Of a stretch of DNA of 64,000 bases, positions 39,670 to 53,015 are shown in pieces. Position numbers and translations under genes: made by a program. The stretch comes from Octopus vulgaris. Its lineage: Eukaryota. The first letter of the stretch is position 1; each line of letters opens with the position of its first letter. Where the stretch lies: positions 34,534,001 through 34,598,000 of the forward strand of contig OX597834.1 in NCBI GenBank assembly GCA_951406725.2, read 5' to 3'. The notes under the pieces are model-generated. The model made no database searches, was not told the DNA's origin, and worked only from the letters and a program-made list of their open reading frames with translations.

Positions 39670-42600
39670 CGTGTGGTATGTGAATATGTATACATTAGTG
39701 TGTGTTGGCTTACCTTTTCAATTAGTTGAATTTTTTTCTATAACAAAGAACTGGTTTCTAGCAAAGAAACAAGGCTCCATTTCAGGAATTTTTCATGATA
39801 ATGTATGTATATATGTGTATGTATACAGATACACACACACATACATACAGGTGGTTTTGCAAACAAGAGGGGAAAGTATTCAATACTGAATACTGTGATT
39901 CTTCACTGATCAATGTAGAATCACAAAACTGAATAGCAACGTTACACACACTTGAAGGTGACAAATTCCTTCTGACCCATTCGAGTAGGGAAAATGGATG
40001 TTAAATGATGATGGTGATAATGATGTATGTGCACGCACACACAGAATTTAGATGTTATGTAGCTTGTTTCAGCCATCCTTGCCAAGGCCATGCTATGGCA
40101 CACCATCTTCAAAAATACTATTTGTATAAAATAAATTTCAAAAGGAAAACAATACAAAACTACAGCAGTAAACTATTTAAGAATTTAGTGAATCTGCAAT
40201 ATTGTAAATACGGTAAATAAGATGAGTATTTTGAAGAATGAGAGGCTCCAAGATGTCTAGAGACTATTTGAGTAACAGTTACAGAGAAATCCCAATAAAC
40301 TGTGGACATGAAGGAAAAGATTGCATATAGCAGCATTTACTTTAATTAACAACTATGGCAGAGTTAAAAAAATAATAAATAAAAACACACACAGTTCTTA
40401 TCATACAGAATATTTATGGGCTTTTTTTAAAAAAAAAACAATACCAATAAAATAAAATTAAGATCATGAATAAATTACTTGAAATCAATGTAATAAGCTT
40501 CGTTAAGCCAACACACTATCTTAGATAAATTGGGAGATTGAGTAAGAGTTTGACCAAAGAGAGAGAGAGAGAGAGAGAAGGAAGGAACAAGCTGACTTTG
40601 CAAGTTAGGATTTATAGTTAGAAATCTTTATAAAGACAAAAGTGGGTGATAACAGTGTATCTTGATTGATAAAATGGCTGACCCTTGAGTAAGTACTTAA
40701 AGTACATCAATAAATTAAGATTTAAGATATATCTATTTTTTCCTTCTGTTTTTAATTTATTTCCAAGCAGTATGGCATTGATGAAAGAGGAACCTTGAAG
40801 TTTTGTAGCTATCCAGAAAGAATTAGTTCAATTTTGTCTGTTAAATGACAACTTAATTATTCTGCTTCAAATGATGGAAGAGCTAAGGTTGAACTGTAGT
40901 TGTTGGTCAGCTGCACAATCTTGGTCTTGTCTTCTTGGCTCTGGTCAAACAAAGCTTCTTCACAGAGCTGACCAGATAAATAAAACAACAGTGCACAAGA
41001 CATGATGAGTTTGTAAAATATTTTAAAATTCAATTGTCATAAGAAATGAAAAATCTAACATCATACTGAGACAAAGGCATTGCTGGTCTGAATATAGGCC
41101 TACAACCAAGCCAATTATACCTTTGCACCTTTGTCTTCCTCTGTTTTCTGTTGAAAGAAGAGCCCAAAATGTTAGACTTTATTGAACTTATTGATATTTT
41201 GTTCACTATCCTATTGACTAATCGTTGCCAGCACAAACCCTCGCCTGTTTCCTTCTATTTTCAATCAATAAGACATAAGGTCTACTATTTTTAACTAGTT
41301 TCACAGCCACTGGTTACTGAATGTGAAGGCTCACACACTACATAGGAACTCCCTGAACTCAACCATCATCACCTAAAATAATCTTTTGGTAGTTCAGAGA
41401 TGGAGAAGGAATCAGCTAGAATGAAGGTAATATAAGCATTCAAAAGCTGAGTGAACAAGCACGTCCAACATATATGAATGTGTAGTAGTAGAGTCTACAA
41501 ATGTTTTGAGCCAATAAATTTAACATAACTTTACTTACCAGAGTGTCTGACTGGAAGTAGCTGTCAGGTAAAGAAGTACTAATACTGTGGATGTTATACC
41601 AGACTTGGTTATGTGTTTGAAATTTCTCGACTTGGTGTATGTGAATGCACAATATATATATATATACACACACACACACCTCAAGCTAACTAAAATCAAA
41701 GCTACATAGGTATATAAATATAAAAATCCAGTAACAGAAAATTGTATACTACTACATAATTAAAAAAAATTCTTTTATATATTTTTAAAGAAACTTAGGC
41801 TACACAAAAAAATATATATATATAATTGTTTTAATATTTTATTTATTTGCTTTATATGTAATGGCATTCTGAAAGTGTCTTGTTATGTTTTGTTTTGTTT
41901 TTTTTCTTTTCTTTGAAACTGTTTCTTTAGAATCTTTCCTTAATCTAATACTAGCTGCTATCTAACAAAAATCATCAGCTGAAATTAGCTATTAGAACAA
42001 TTAAAAATGTAAACAGATCAATAGAATCGAGATTTAGTAGTCATTTTTGTTTGCACAAAAACTGAAATTGTAGAGAAAGGTCTAACAAATCACAAATACA
42101 TTCTAAGGAATGGCAAAAAAAATATCTAAGACATCACAAAGTCATGTCAAAGTTTAATAAAGCACTGTGTTGTGATAGAACTACCATCCTTTCTACTTAA
42201 AGAGAGAGGCTCAACACACTCACATGTTGCTAGAAATAGAAGCCAAATCTCTCTCAAGTTACATCCTACTGTCTTTATAGAAAAAAGCAACACGCTGCAT
42301 TACGTAGTCCTGGATACACTGGATTGAATAAAAATGTGATGATCATGACTAAAACACTTTCAGTCATAGGTCCACTGGATTTGGATTGACGGAAGGGAAG
42401 GGGTTAAACAATTACATTAAATTACATTCCAACAAATAACCCACCACACAGATATATGGCCTGCTAGAAATGGAAGTTAAATTTCCTCAACTTACACCCT
42501 ATTGTCTTAACCAAAAATATCGGAGCATATTAGATGAATTGCTCTTCATCATTTTAATGTCTACTTTCCCAAGCTTGCATGGGTCAGAGAAGCAGAATTT

Positions 42601-43204
42601 TCTACAGCTGGATGTCCTTCCTAATGTCAACCCTCACCTGTTTCCAAGCAAGTAAATAATTCCCTCAGATTAGCAAATAACAAACAGCCTAAATGTGCTT
42701 TTGCAGAGAATGCCAAACAAATGACACCATTTGCATGAACAGCGATACATCTGTTTACAGTTAACAACCACACATCAAGACATCAGAAACCCCAGACATG
42801 CTTTTCAATGAACTACAAGATGGACAGTGTTGTTTGTATGAACAGTGAGGGTTTGTCTACACTCAGTGCACAAATGTCAATGCAGGAGGGAAAACATACT
42901 CAATTATGTACACATCCACACTCTATACATACACACACACACACATGTGCATAGAGGGGGAGGAAGAGAAAAGAAATACATACACACAATGAACTGCTTC
43001 TAGTTTTCATCTGCCTAATTTCACCCACAAGCTACTGGTCAATTTGTGGCTATAGTAGAGGACACCAACCAACAGAGGCTTAGTTCAGTTTTAGAGATAC
43101 TGTGTCATATAGAGGACAGGGATAATTATGGCTGAGATACCATTGATGATAGGTTTGATGAATCAAAGATGACTTGGGGGTTAAACAAGCAAAAACAAAC
43201 TAGC

Positions 43205-43515
43205 ATTCCTTTGGTTACAATGATGAGTGTTCCAGTTGATCCAATCAACTGAACAGCCTGCTCATGAAATTAACATGTAAGCGGCTGAGCACTTCACAGA
43301 CATATGTACCCTTAACATACGTCTCAGGTAGATTCAGTGTGACACAGAATGTAACAAGACTGGTTCTTTGAAATTCAAGTACTACTCAGTTTTACCAGCT
43401 GAGTGGACTAGAGCAATGCAAAATAAAGTGTCCTGGTCAAGGACACAACACAATACTGATAATTGATCTCACAGCCGTAAGGTTGTGAGCTGAATACCCT
43501 AACACCCAAGCCACA
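43205..43515 (-). mobile_element. Older tRNA-derived SINE sharing its 3' half with the 1-372 copy
   Basis: GGTTACAATGATGAG.GTTCCAGTTGATCCAATCAAC.GAACAGCCTGCTCATGAAATTAAC is the CpG-decayed version of 10-72. Confidence 0.8.
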
Positions 43516-44697
43516 CTAACACTAAGCACAATTTCATAGTAATCTCATTAATTTCAGTTGTGTATTTTTCATATGAAAAGTCATTTTGTGGTTAATTTTT
43601 TTGTTGTAATTTCGTAAATATTCTCTTTTTTTATATATATATTAAAAAAAAGAGAGAGAAAAGAAGAAAAGAAAATAGAAGTTAGCGTTTCAAAGTTGTA
43701 CTTGCTTGGCAAGAAATTTCAGCTGGGACTGAGTATGGAAACTCACACAATTTCATTGTGGCTGAGTCATGATAACCACACATATACCATTATTTTCAAA
43801 GTTTTCTCATAACATTCTGTACTGTCAAGAAATAAGGTACTGCAGACAAAAACAAAGCCTCACCACTACCGCCACCACCACCAGCTCACCACTGCCAGAA
43901 TAACAAAAACATGATATAAGAAAATTGTATGTGTCAATGGTAAAATACTGTATGTGTTGCCATAGTTATTCATTGATCGTTCCTACAATAAACAAACAGA
44001 CAATAACGGTGATTGCTAAGACCTAAATTAACGTCTCAAGACTGTACCAGTTTACTAGTCATCTTTGTGATTAAATGATCAATCTAGCTGAATGACTCTT
44101 GTTCCGTAAACAGCACTGTTCTAACAGTTCCTTACCTCTTTTCTTCATGTTTGTTGCCCGATTGTTGAAATGAAGAATTAGAGTTTCAAGCAAACGAACA
44201 CTGCGTTCATTTTGTCTGCCTTTCTTTTCGATAGCTGTCACATCTCACAACCATCAACTGTCAACCAGCATCCAACAGCCACTTGCTTCTATAATAAATG
44301 TCTAGATCAAACTATAATTTGCCTATATAACAATATGTGTGTTCTAAATTACAGTTAAATATATATCTAAAACATCCTAACACATTAACTGCTTTAAACT
44401 ATTTCATATAAAATTCAGAACAGCATTATTAAGTTCTGTATCTTTATTCCTAATCACCATTATCATCATCATCATCATTATTGCTACAAAAGGATGATCG
44501 TCATCACCCTTATGATTACTGTCATCACCATTACAAGCATTATCATTGTCATCATCATCATCATCATCCCTTTAATTATTACTCATCATCATTACCATCA
44601 TTATTGTTATTTCATCATCATCACTAATAACATCACCACCTCATTTTTTCCTTTTCATATGTCATTTGATTGGTTGATATTTATTGTTATTCTTATT

Positions 44698-44730
<33 letters not shown>

Positions 44731-45303
44731 GCATACACAAATGACTCAGGCAGGTGAGAAGAAGAACCACCTATCCAATCCTGTTTTTCTAACTTATCCT
44801 TAATTAAACACAAAATATTTTTCTTTCCTTCTAATACTTTGTCATTAACTCTATCCACAAATATTATCTAACTATTATCCTTTAATTACTCTATCTTCTC
44901 TAAACACAAACATACACACACACACCAAGATCGACTCAAATCACTTGAGAAAAATCCAGAAACAATTGGAATCAAAGAGGTGAAAATCTGGAAATCTACA
45001 GGAAATAAATGGAAGGAAAGAGGTGGCAGTGGGGATGGAGACAGGGTACAAGAAACTGGAGAAATGATTTGTTCAAGTTTTATAATGATAATAGAAGTTT
45101 TAAATAAGTTTTCTTATCAATATAATCAAATCAATATTGTAAAACTGATAGGGATTAGAAGAATGATGAGTGTGTGTATATATATATATGTATATCTGCA
45201 TATATATATACACATATATATATATATATATACACACATACAGATATATATATACATATATATACATATATATCCACATAAATATATATACATACATATC
45301 CAT

Positions 45304-45338
<35 letters not shown>

Positions 45339-45705
45339 ACTACATGTGGATTGTTGGTGATTTTTTCCCTCCGTCTTCCTTTTCTCTTGGACTTTCCTCT
45401 GTTTTCTGTTTCTGAAGAAGATCTTTATTTCACTTTGCTCCAGTTCACTCAGCTGTAGAAATGAGTTGCAATATCACTGGTGCCATGCTGTATCAGCCTT
45501 TGCCTTTCCCTTGGATAACATCAGTGACATGGAGAGAGGAGGGTGACTGTTGATCTTCCACATGACAATCTTGTCCAGACTTGTGTTTTGGTGGGGAATT
45601 TTCTAGGTCATTCATGACCAAAGGGGGTCTTTTTTTACTTTATATATATATATAGCAATAATAATTCTCTAAAAGGGATATAGACAGTAACTGCTCGATA
45701 ACATA

Positions 45706-45810
45706 AGGGACTAAAGCCATCTGAATATGGCTAGGGACAGGGCAGGGTGGTGGGTGTGTTACTGTTGCACCACCCTGCCCTGTCCCTAGCCATATTCAGA
45801 TGGCTTTAGT

Positions 45811-45814
<4 letters not shown>
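45706..45814. repeat. Perfect 47-bp inverted repeat with a 15-nt loop, abutting (TA)n
   Basis: 45706-45752 is the exact reverse complement of 45768-45814. Confidence 0.95.
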
Positions 45815-45858
<44 letters not shown>

Positions 45859-46832
45859 GTCTTAACATTTTATAAATATATATATATGTTTTGGGCTTAA
45901 ACACAGAAAGTATGCTCAAACCATGTTGTTGAGTATATTATTTGCACAAAGCTCAACAGACCTTCAAGCAACAACATATAGCATGAAGAAGCTGAGTAGT
46001 GATGGGGTAAAAAACCAGTTTGTTTACAGCCATATTTGGGTGGGGGGGAACAGTTTTGTTTTCCAAACATCATATTGGAGGCACAACTATTTGAGTTTAA
46101 TCTTTTATGTTAATGATTTTTTGATATATTTCTTTACGTTTACTTTGAAACAAAAGCATTCTTAAGTTCGTTAGTGCTTTGAAATCTTCTAGGCCTCATC
46201 TTCAGAATGAAGTGGATGTTAGAGTTGCTTTTTATTGTCACATGTTGGGCTGAGCAACAATGATCATGAAAATAATGCATAATGGATAAATATCATCTTT
46301 GGATTTAACATTTTTAACCATTAAGGTCATGTTAATTTCATTAATCAAGAACTGTTCTTAATTCATTGCTAGGGTTCAGTATCTGTGTGTTAATTTCAGG
46401 GCCTGGCTCAGCTAGGCTTGGCTCAAAACATTTAGATTAGCTGAGCTTATGGATAGGTGGACAGAAGGACAAGCAGACAGATTGCTATTCCACATGTATT
46501 TTATAAATCTAGTTTTATTAGATGATATCCATTGATGCAGTATAGTTTTGTAAATGCCTTAATCTCATCTGAAAGAAGTTTGATCAAACAGAAAGAACAG
46601 CCTGAAGACAAAGAAATAGTTTATCTCACTTTGATTTCCAGTTTTAATAATGATGATAATAATAATAATATAGTATCTCCTTTCCTAGATATTCTCTTTC
46701 TAACATACTGAAAGGTGTAACCAATTTACAGTGTGTGGAAATTCTATTTCAGTCTTAATGATTCAATATTCCTTACATTATTTTCAATTAAAAGATAGCA
46801 TCTGAATTGAGACTATTTTTGGTGTTATTTTA

Positions 46833-47016
46833 AGGTAGTGGATGGCAGAATCAGTAGAATGCCTTGTGATATTTAAGTTTCAAGTTCAAATCCCACCTAC
46901 GTCAATTTTCTGAAGGTCAACTTTGTTTTTTACTCCTTAATGGTTGATAAAATTATACTCCCCTATAAATTTGAGGCCTTGTATCTGCACTATCAATCAT
47001 TAACGTCATCATCATC

Positions 47017-47057
<41 letters not shown>

Positions 47058-47561
47058 GGCAGCAAGCTGATAGAATTGTTAGCACACCAGACTAAATGTT
47101 TAGTGATATTTCTTCCAATTTTAAGGTAGAAAGCTGGCATAATTGTTAACATGTCAGGCAAAATTTCATTTGTCTTTACAATCAGATTTCAAATTCCACT
47201 GATGTCAATTTTGTCTTTCATCTTTTTGAGTTTGATGAAAGAAGTACCAGCTGCATAAAGTGGGTCAATGTAACTGACTTATCCCTTCCCCAAAAAGATC
47301 AGGCCTTGGGCCTATAATAGAAAGGATTATTATTATCATTGTTATAAAAATAGTTCATTGATAGAATCTTTAGTGTGTCAAACAAAATGACTTGCAGTAT
47401 TTTGCCAAGCTCTTTACATTCTGAGAGCAATTCCTGTCATGGTGAACTTTGACTTTCATCCTTTCAGGGTTGATAAGGTACTGTAGTTAAGTTAATCAAC
47501 TAAATCCACCCCAAAATTTGTGGTCTTGAATCTGTATTAGCAATAATAATGATTTGATTAT

Positions 47562-47602
<41 letters not shown>

Positions 47603-47670
47603 AGGCGGCAAGCTGGCAGAATCATTAGCATGCTTGGCAAAATGCTTAGTGGTACTTCATCCAGCTTCAT
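46833..47670 (+). mobile_element. Cluster of at least 4 tandem SINE family 'B' copies interleaved with (ATT)n/(ACT)n
   Basis: Repeated AAGGCGGCAAGCTGGCAGAATC.TTAGCA heads at ~46833, 47056, 47123 and 47602. Confidence 0.75.
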
Positions 47671-49633
47671 GACAACTTTCTATACATGTGGACTCTCAAA
47701 ATGAATGTTTGCCCACAGACATTATCTTTGTAAGATTTACAGCTAAATATCTGACACACAGTAATAACACTTCTTGGCCTTTCTAGAAACTGAAGTCCAA
47801 ATAAGAAGGTCAGTTTTTAAGGAATCATAATGACCTAAGAGAAAAAAATTTTTAAATTTAAACATTTTAAAAGGTCTACATCGAGGTTGTGTCCCAGTAT
47901 GACCACAAGCCAGTGATGAAGTGACTGAAACCAAAAGAAGAATAAGAGAATGTAACAGTTTAAAGAATATTTTGCTGTAAATATAAATATTAAATGCTGT
48001 CTTTGTTTTGACAACTCATTATGAATCAATATTTTCATATGTGCTACAAACCAAAACGTATCTGAGGTCTTAGACAATAGATATTCACCTACTGAACCTA
48101 ACATGACAACAAGAGCCATTATGCAATTGCTTGAACTGCTAAAAATAGTAACCAAATCTTCCTCAAAATCACACTCTACCATCTTAAAAAAAGCGAGACA
48201 CATTGGATACATTGGGTAAAGTCTGACTAAAAGATGAGGATAGACAACATGAAGATGTCTTTGATCATAATTTTATTCAATTAGAGCTGACCTTGATCTA
48301 AACAACACAACCAAGATACACATTGTCAGGGACCAAACAGCTGTTTCCTATCACACAAAGAAATGACAAAAAATAAATCTCATTAAATGATTTAAGTTTT
48401 CTATCTAATGCAACTGTATAACACAAATATAAGTGTATTAGCTGCTTTATTTGTATATTTTTCTAAGACCTCTCGTGTATACTTTTATCAGGATCGGTTT
48501 TTAAATTAGTAAACATATAATCCATTAGATGTGCAAAATTAACCTGCATGAAAAGCTGAAAACATAAGAGCTTATAATAAAGCGGTTGGGTATTAAAGGT
48601 ATCAGACAAGTTGTGTATGCATGTATGTATGTGTGGCAGGAGGCAGTAGCAATAACATGGAGATGTGACATGAAAGGTTGTTGTGTGTCAATGGTAGAGG
48701 GTGAAATTGTGGCAGGAGAAACATCTGCCAAAAAAAGTAAAAAAGGAAACAGAAGCAATGAGATCTCAAGAGGTTGAGACTCACAGATAACACAATGCCA
48801 GGATCTAGAGGATAGGGTGGTAATGTGTCCTACTTCATAAATATGCTTCATATCATCTTCAACCTGACAATGACAAACTGACTTTATCTCGGTAATGATG
48901 TAAATAAAGATCTGACACTTGTATATAATTAACCAGTATATATATATATATATATCAAAAGGATGTGTTATAATACTATTCCACAGGCATACCAACAATC
49001 CAACATACCTCCATCATCAGCTGCCCCACGGATATCATTATGGTTTTGACACCTGGCCAGTACCATTCAATCTGGCGGTGTCAACAGCACTAAAATAAGT
49101 GTTGTTTGGGGACAAACAAACCAGAGAAACCACTCTCTCAAACATATTTACCCTATGTACAACCGTATCGGTAAATAAATTTAATAAGTAAATTACAACC
49201 AACTCCTAAATACGTAACTAAACAGCAACAAATCTATGTAAAAGCACCAGTATAAGAATAAAAAACCAGAGTATAAAATATTTGCAAAAACTGTTCTGAA
49301 ATGCAGGGTGTTGCCAAGAAATTTGTATTGTTGCTATATCAAGATTCAGTTGATGAAGTTAGAATGTCATGTGAATAATAACAAAACAAAGAGAGAGAGA
49401 GAGACATAGCGGGATGAAAAGAGAGGGAAAGAGGGAGCGAGAGAGAGAGAGGGAAAGAGGAGGAGAGAGAGCGAAAGAGGGAGAGAAAGAGGTGGGGAGA
49501 GAGAGGTGGAGAGAGGGGAGCAGACAGACATCCACAGAAAGGTAAGAAAACTTTAGTATGAAACAAAAAGAAATAGACTTTAGCAAGAGACAAGGAGAGA
49601 GAGAGAGACTTTAGCATAGGTCAGACTCTTTAA

Positions 49634-49801
49634 CCCTCTAAGGTGTGGCTTATTGACACTGCTAAATTCTGAAGACAGGTGTGGTATATAAGCCAGGTGT
49701 GGTATATAAGTTATTTCACTGATCACCATCTTGTTTTTTTTTTTCCTTTTTTTGCGTCCTGCATGAAAAAAAACTTGCTATTTATACTCGACCTTAAAGG
49801 G
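49634..49801. mobile_element. piggyBac-type MITE with TTAA TSD
   Basis: TTAA|CCCTCTAAGGT ... ACCTTAAAGGG|TTAA (TIR 10/11 match). Internal direct repeat CAGGTGTGGTATATAAG occurs twice. Confidence 0.85.
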
Positions 49802-51477
49802 TTAAGGTACACAAAGACAAACAGACTTTAACAGGAACAGAGAGAGAAAGAGAGAGATAGAGACAGGCCTTAGCATGTGATACAGACAGAAAGAGAAACT
49901 CAGATGAACAGACAGACAAAAAGATCTTATGATGGGGCAGAAAGAGAGTAAGAGAGAGATAGAGAGAGCATGAAGCACAGTGAGAGAAAGACATATAAAG
50001 ATAGAAAACAGAAAAAGAAAGAGAAAAAGATATTATGTATAGCAAGAGAGAGAGAGAAAGATAAAAACTGACACACTTTAACATGGAGCATATAGATGAG
50101 AGTGACAGACAGACGTACTTTAGCATGAAGTGTACTAAGAGACAGACATATTTTAGCATGAAGCATACAGATTCCAATATAATTCATTCAGTGGTGCTGC
50201 ATTTATCTTATGCCGATCAGGCAAAAGTATTTTTTTTAAAAAAGAAATGAAGAAATAAAAATTTTTTAAAATCTTTTCCACAGAAAAATAACAGGAAAAA
50301 TATACAACCTTGTCAAACCAATGAAGGTTTTTTTGTTGGGTTTTTTTAAAAATAAAAAGAATTCCGGTCATTTAATGATAGAAATGATCTCTCTTTTCTA
50401 AAGACATTTCAGAAACATTAAATTTAGCTGACCCACAAATTGCTGACAAATTGGAAAAGATCTAAGAGGCTATAGAGACATTCTCTGTAATCAATCACAG
50501 GGATCTTTGATCACTGATTTCTGTTAGAAACTCCACAAGGAGATGTGAGAGAGGTTGAAGTAGTAGATAGGGAAAAGAAAATTTTTTTTGAAATTGTTCC
50601 ATTTTGTTTTGTTGTTTGTGAAGGAACGATAGAAATTCCTTTAAAGACTTGTGAATTGATATTTCAGTCATATTTATTTTTTTTCTAAAGTTTCAAACAC
50701 ACACATACAACATGCATGTATATTAATAATTACATATATACTCATATGTGTGTAGAAGGACACATACATATGCACAGACACATGTGTGTGCGTAGATGGG
50801 GAAAAAAATGTCACATTAAATTTAAGTTACAGCAAAAAATCCGTTATGATAAATCTTATTCTATGACACACATGTATACACACACACATATATATGCACA
50901 CACATACACTAACACATACGCACACTCATACACATGGTTAGGAAGAAAAGGGAAAAATGATTTGATGCTTACAACAAACAAAAACAGAACTGAAAAATAA
51001 AGGAAGTAAAAAGACAAAAAGGTATTAAAGTGAGAAGTGTCACTTTAATATAGAGAATTGTTGAAAAAGTCAGAAAAATTATGTAAGCCTGTCTATTTGT
51101 AAAGGGGAAAATATTTATATAGCAATTGGAACTATTGCCAAGATTATTAAAGGAAGATTGAGAATCAAAGATTTGGTAACCTTCAATTGGACTAAGTCTA
51201 TTATTTTCTTAAGCTTCTAATGTGTTACAGATCTGCCAGATTGCATATGTGTCTTGTGTGAATGAATGTGTAGGGCATGTGTGTGTGTAACATGCATATA
51301 TGTGTGAGTGTAGCATGCATATAAAAGTGGCATGTGTATGTGAGTGGATGTGCATGTATATGTAAGAGTGTGTGAAATAGACTGAATAAAATGTATGGGA
51401 ATTGAGTATTATTTTCTGTAGATATATTCTGAAATTGTTACCAAAAATGATTTCTCCTCTCCTGCCTTCCCCACTTC

Positions 51478-51820
51478 CCTATATATATATATATATATAT
51501 TATATAAATGGCATTTTCTGTCTGTCTGTTACCATCATAGTGCCTAAACCAACAAACCAATATTCATGAAACTTTGCGTACATGTTACACCAACAACCAG
51601 TTCAATAATAGGCAAATTAGATTTCGATAAAAATCTGTAATGTACCCTCCAGGGGGATTGGGCGATCTAATGATAAAATGAAAAAAGTGCAAAAAGTACA
51701 AGTCTGAGGGAAACACAATAGCAGAGTGAGGGTGACTTATATCAGGGAAGGTGAGAACAGCATTATGCTAATAACAAATATTGAGTGGCAATGGGCGGTT
51801 AACATTAATACAGCTGTCAT
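51478..51820 (+). mobile_element. Possible non-autonomous Helitron-like element
   Basis: 5' CTATATATA...AAAT...TCTGTCTGTCTGT...CCAATATTCATGAAACTTTG layout, as seen in invertebrate non-autonomous Helitrons. The 3' end is degenerate (GGCAATGGGCGG...CAGCTG). Confidence 0.4.
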
Positions 51821-51829
51821 ATACACACA

Positions 51830-51889
51830 ACGCTACATACATAGCCTATATATATATATATACTCATATGTATATATATATATATACAT

Positions 51890-51940
<51 letters not shown>

Positions 51941-52167
51941 CATACATACATACATATATACACATAGACATATATACATACATATACATAATAGTACATA
52001 TATATAAACATATACACATACATGCATATATATACATATACACTCATATATGCATATATATACATATACATATATATGCATATATATATATACACATATA
52101 CTCACATATATGCATATACACACACACATACATATATATACACATATATATACATATATACTCACAT

Positions 52168-52203
<36 letters not shown>

Positions 52204-52270
52204 GCACATATACACACACATATTAATGTTTATGTATGTGTGTATGTGTGTGTTTATGTATGTATACATA
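51830..52270. repeat. Complex (TA)/(CA) microsatellite
   Basis: Direct reading. Confidence 0.9.
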
Positions 52271-52674
52271 TAACAAGCCATCCCAGAAACTTTCACACAC
52301 TGTTTCTCTCTAAACTTATAATATTAATTTCAGGAAATGATGAAGTAAGTTAATTAAATAATCGAAGAAGTTATGATGTCCCTGAATTTAAAATCAACCA
52401 TAGACCTTGTATTGATGGTTGTGTGTCAAACTGATCTTGTTGTCTTTGATCATATAAATATATACCTTCAAAGCAAGCAAACTTACCAAAGCCCAAGAAG
52501 CCTCTATGTGGTTTCTTGCTCTGCTAAAAATGTCACTCAAATCTTCCTCAAATCATATCCTATTGACTGTATTATGCAATGCATAATACAGTCCTAGATA
52601 AATAAGATGGTATTATCATGGCTTTAATGTCTAATCAGATATCTATTCAATCAAAGCTGACCTTTTATCTTTTG

Positions 52675-53015
52675 TCTTGTACCTGTTTCAGTATTGAAGA
52701 GTTTCAGGCAAACAAATCAACCCTAGCATTTATTTATTAAGCCTGGTACTTATTCTATCAGTTTCTTTTGCCAATTTGCTAAGCTACAGGGACATAAACA
52801 CACTAACAGCAGGCGTCAAGTGGTGGTGGGGAACAAATAGACAAACACACACACACAACTAGCTTCTTTCAGTTTCTGTCTACCAAATCCACTCGCAGGA
52901 TTTTGGTCGACTCAAGGCTATGCTAGAAGACACTTGACAAAGGTGCCATGCAGTGGAATTGAATCTGGAACCATGTGGTTGGGAAGCAAACTTCTTACCA
53001 TGCAGCTACACCTTG
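52675..53015 (-). mobile_element. SINE family 'C'
   Basis: Homologous to 5485-5870. Confidence 0.8.

Noticed and set aside
51726-52353. Up to 190-aa Y/I/H/T-rich ORFs
   Set aside because: Complex microsatellite translations.
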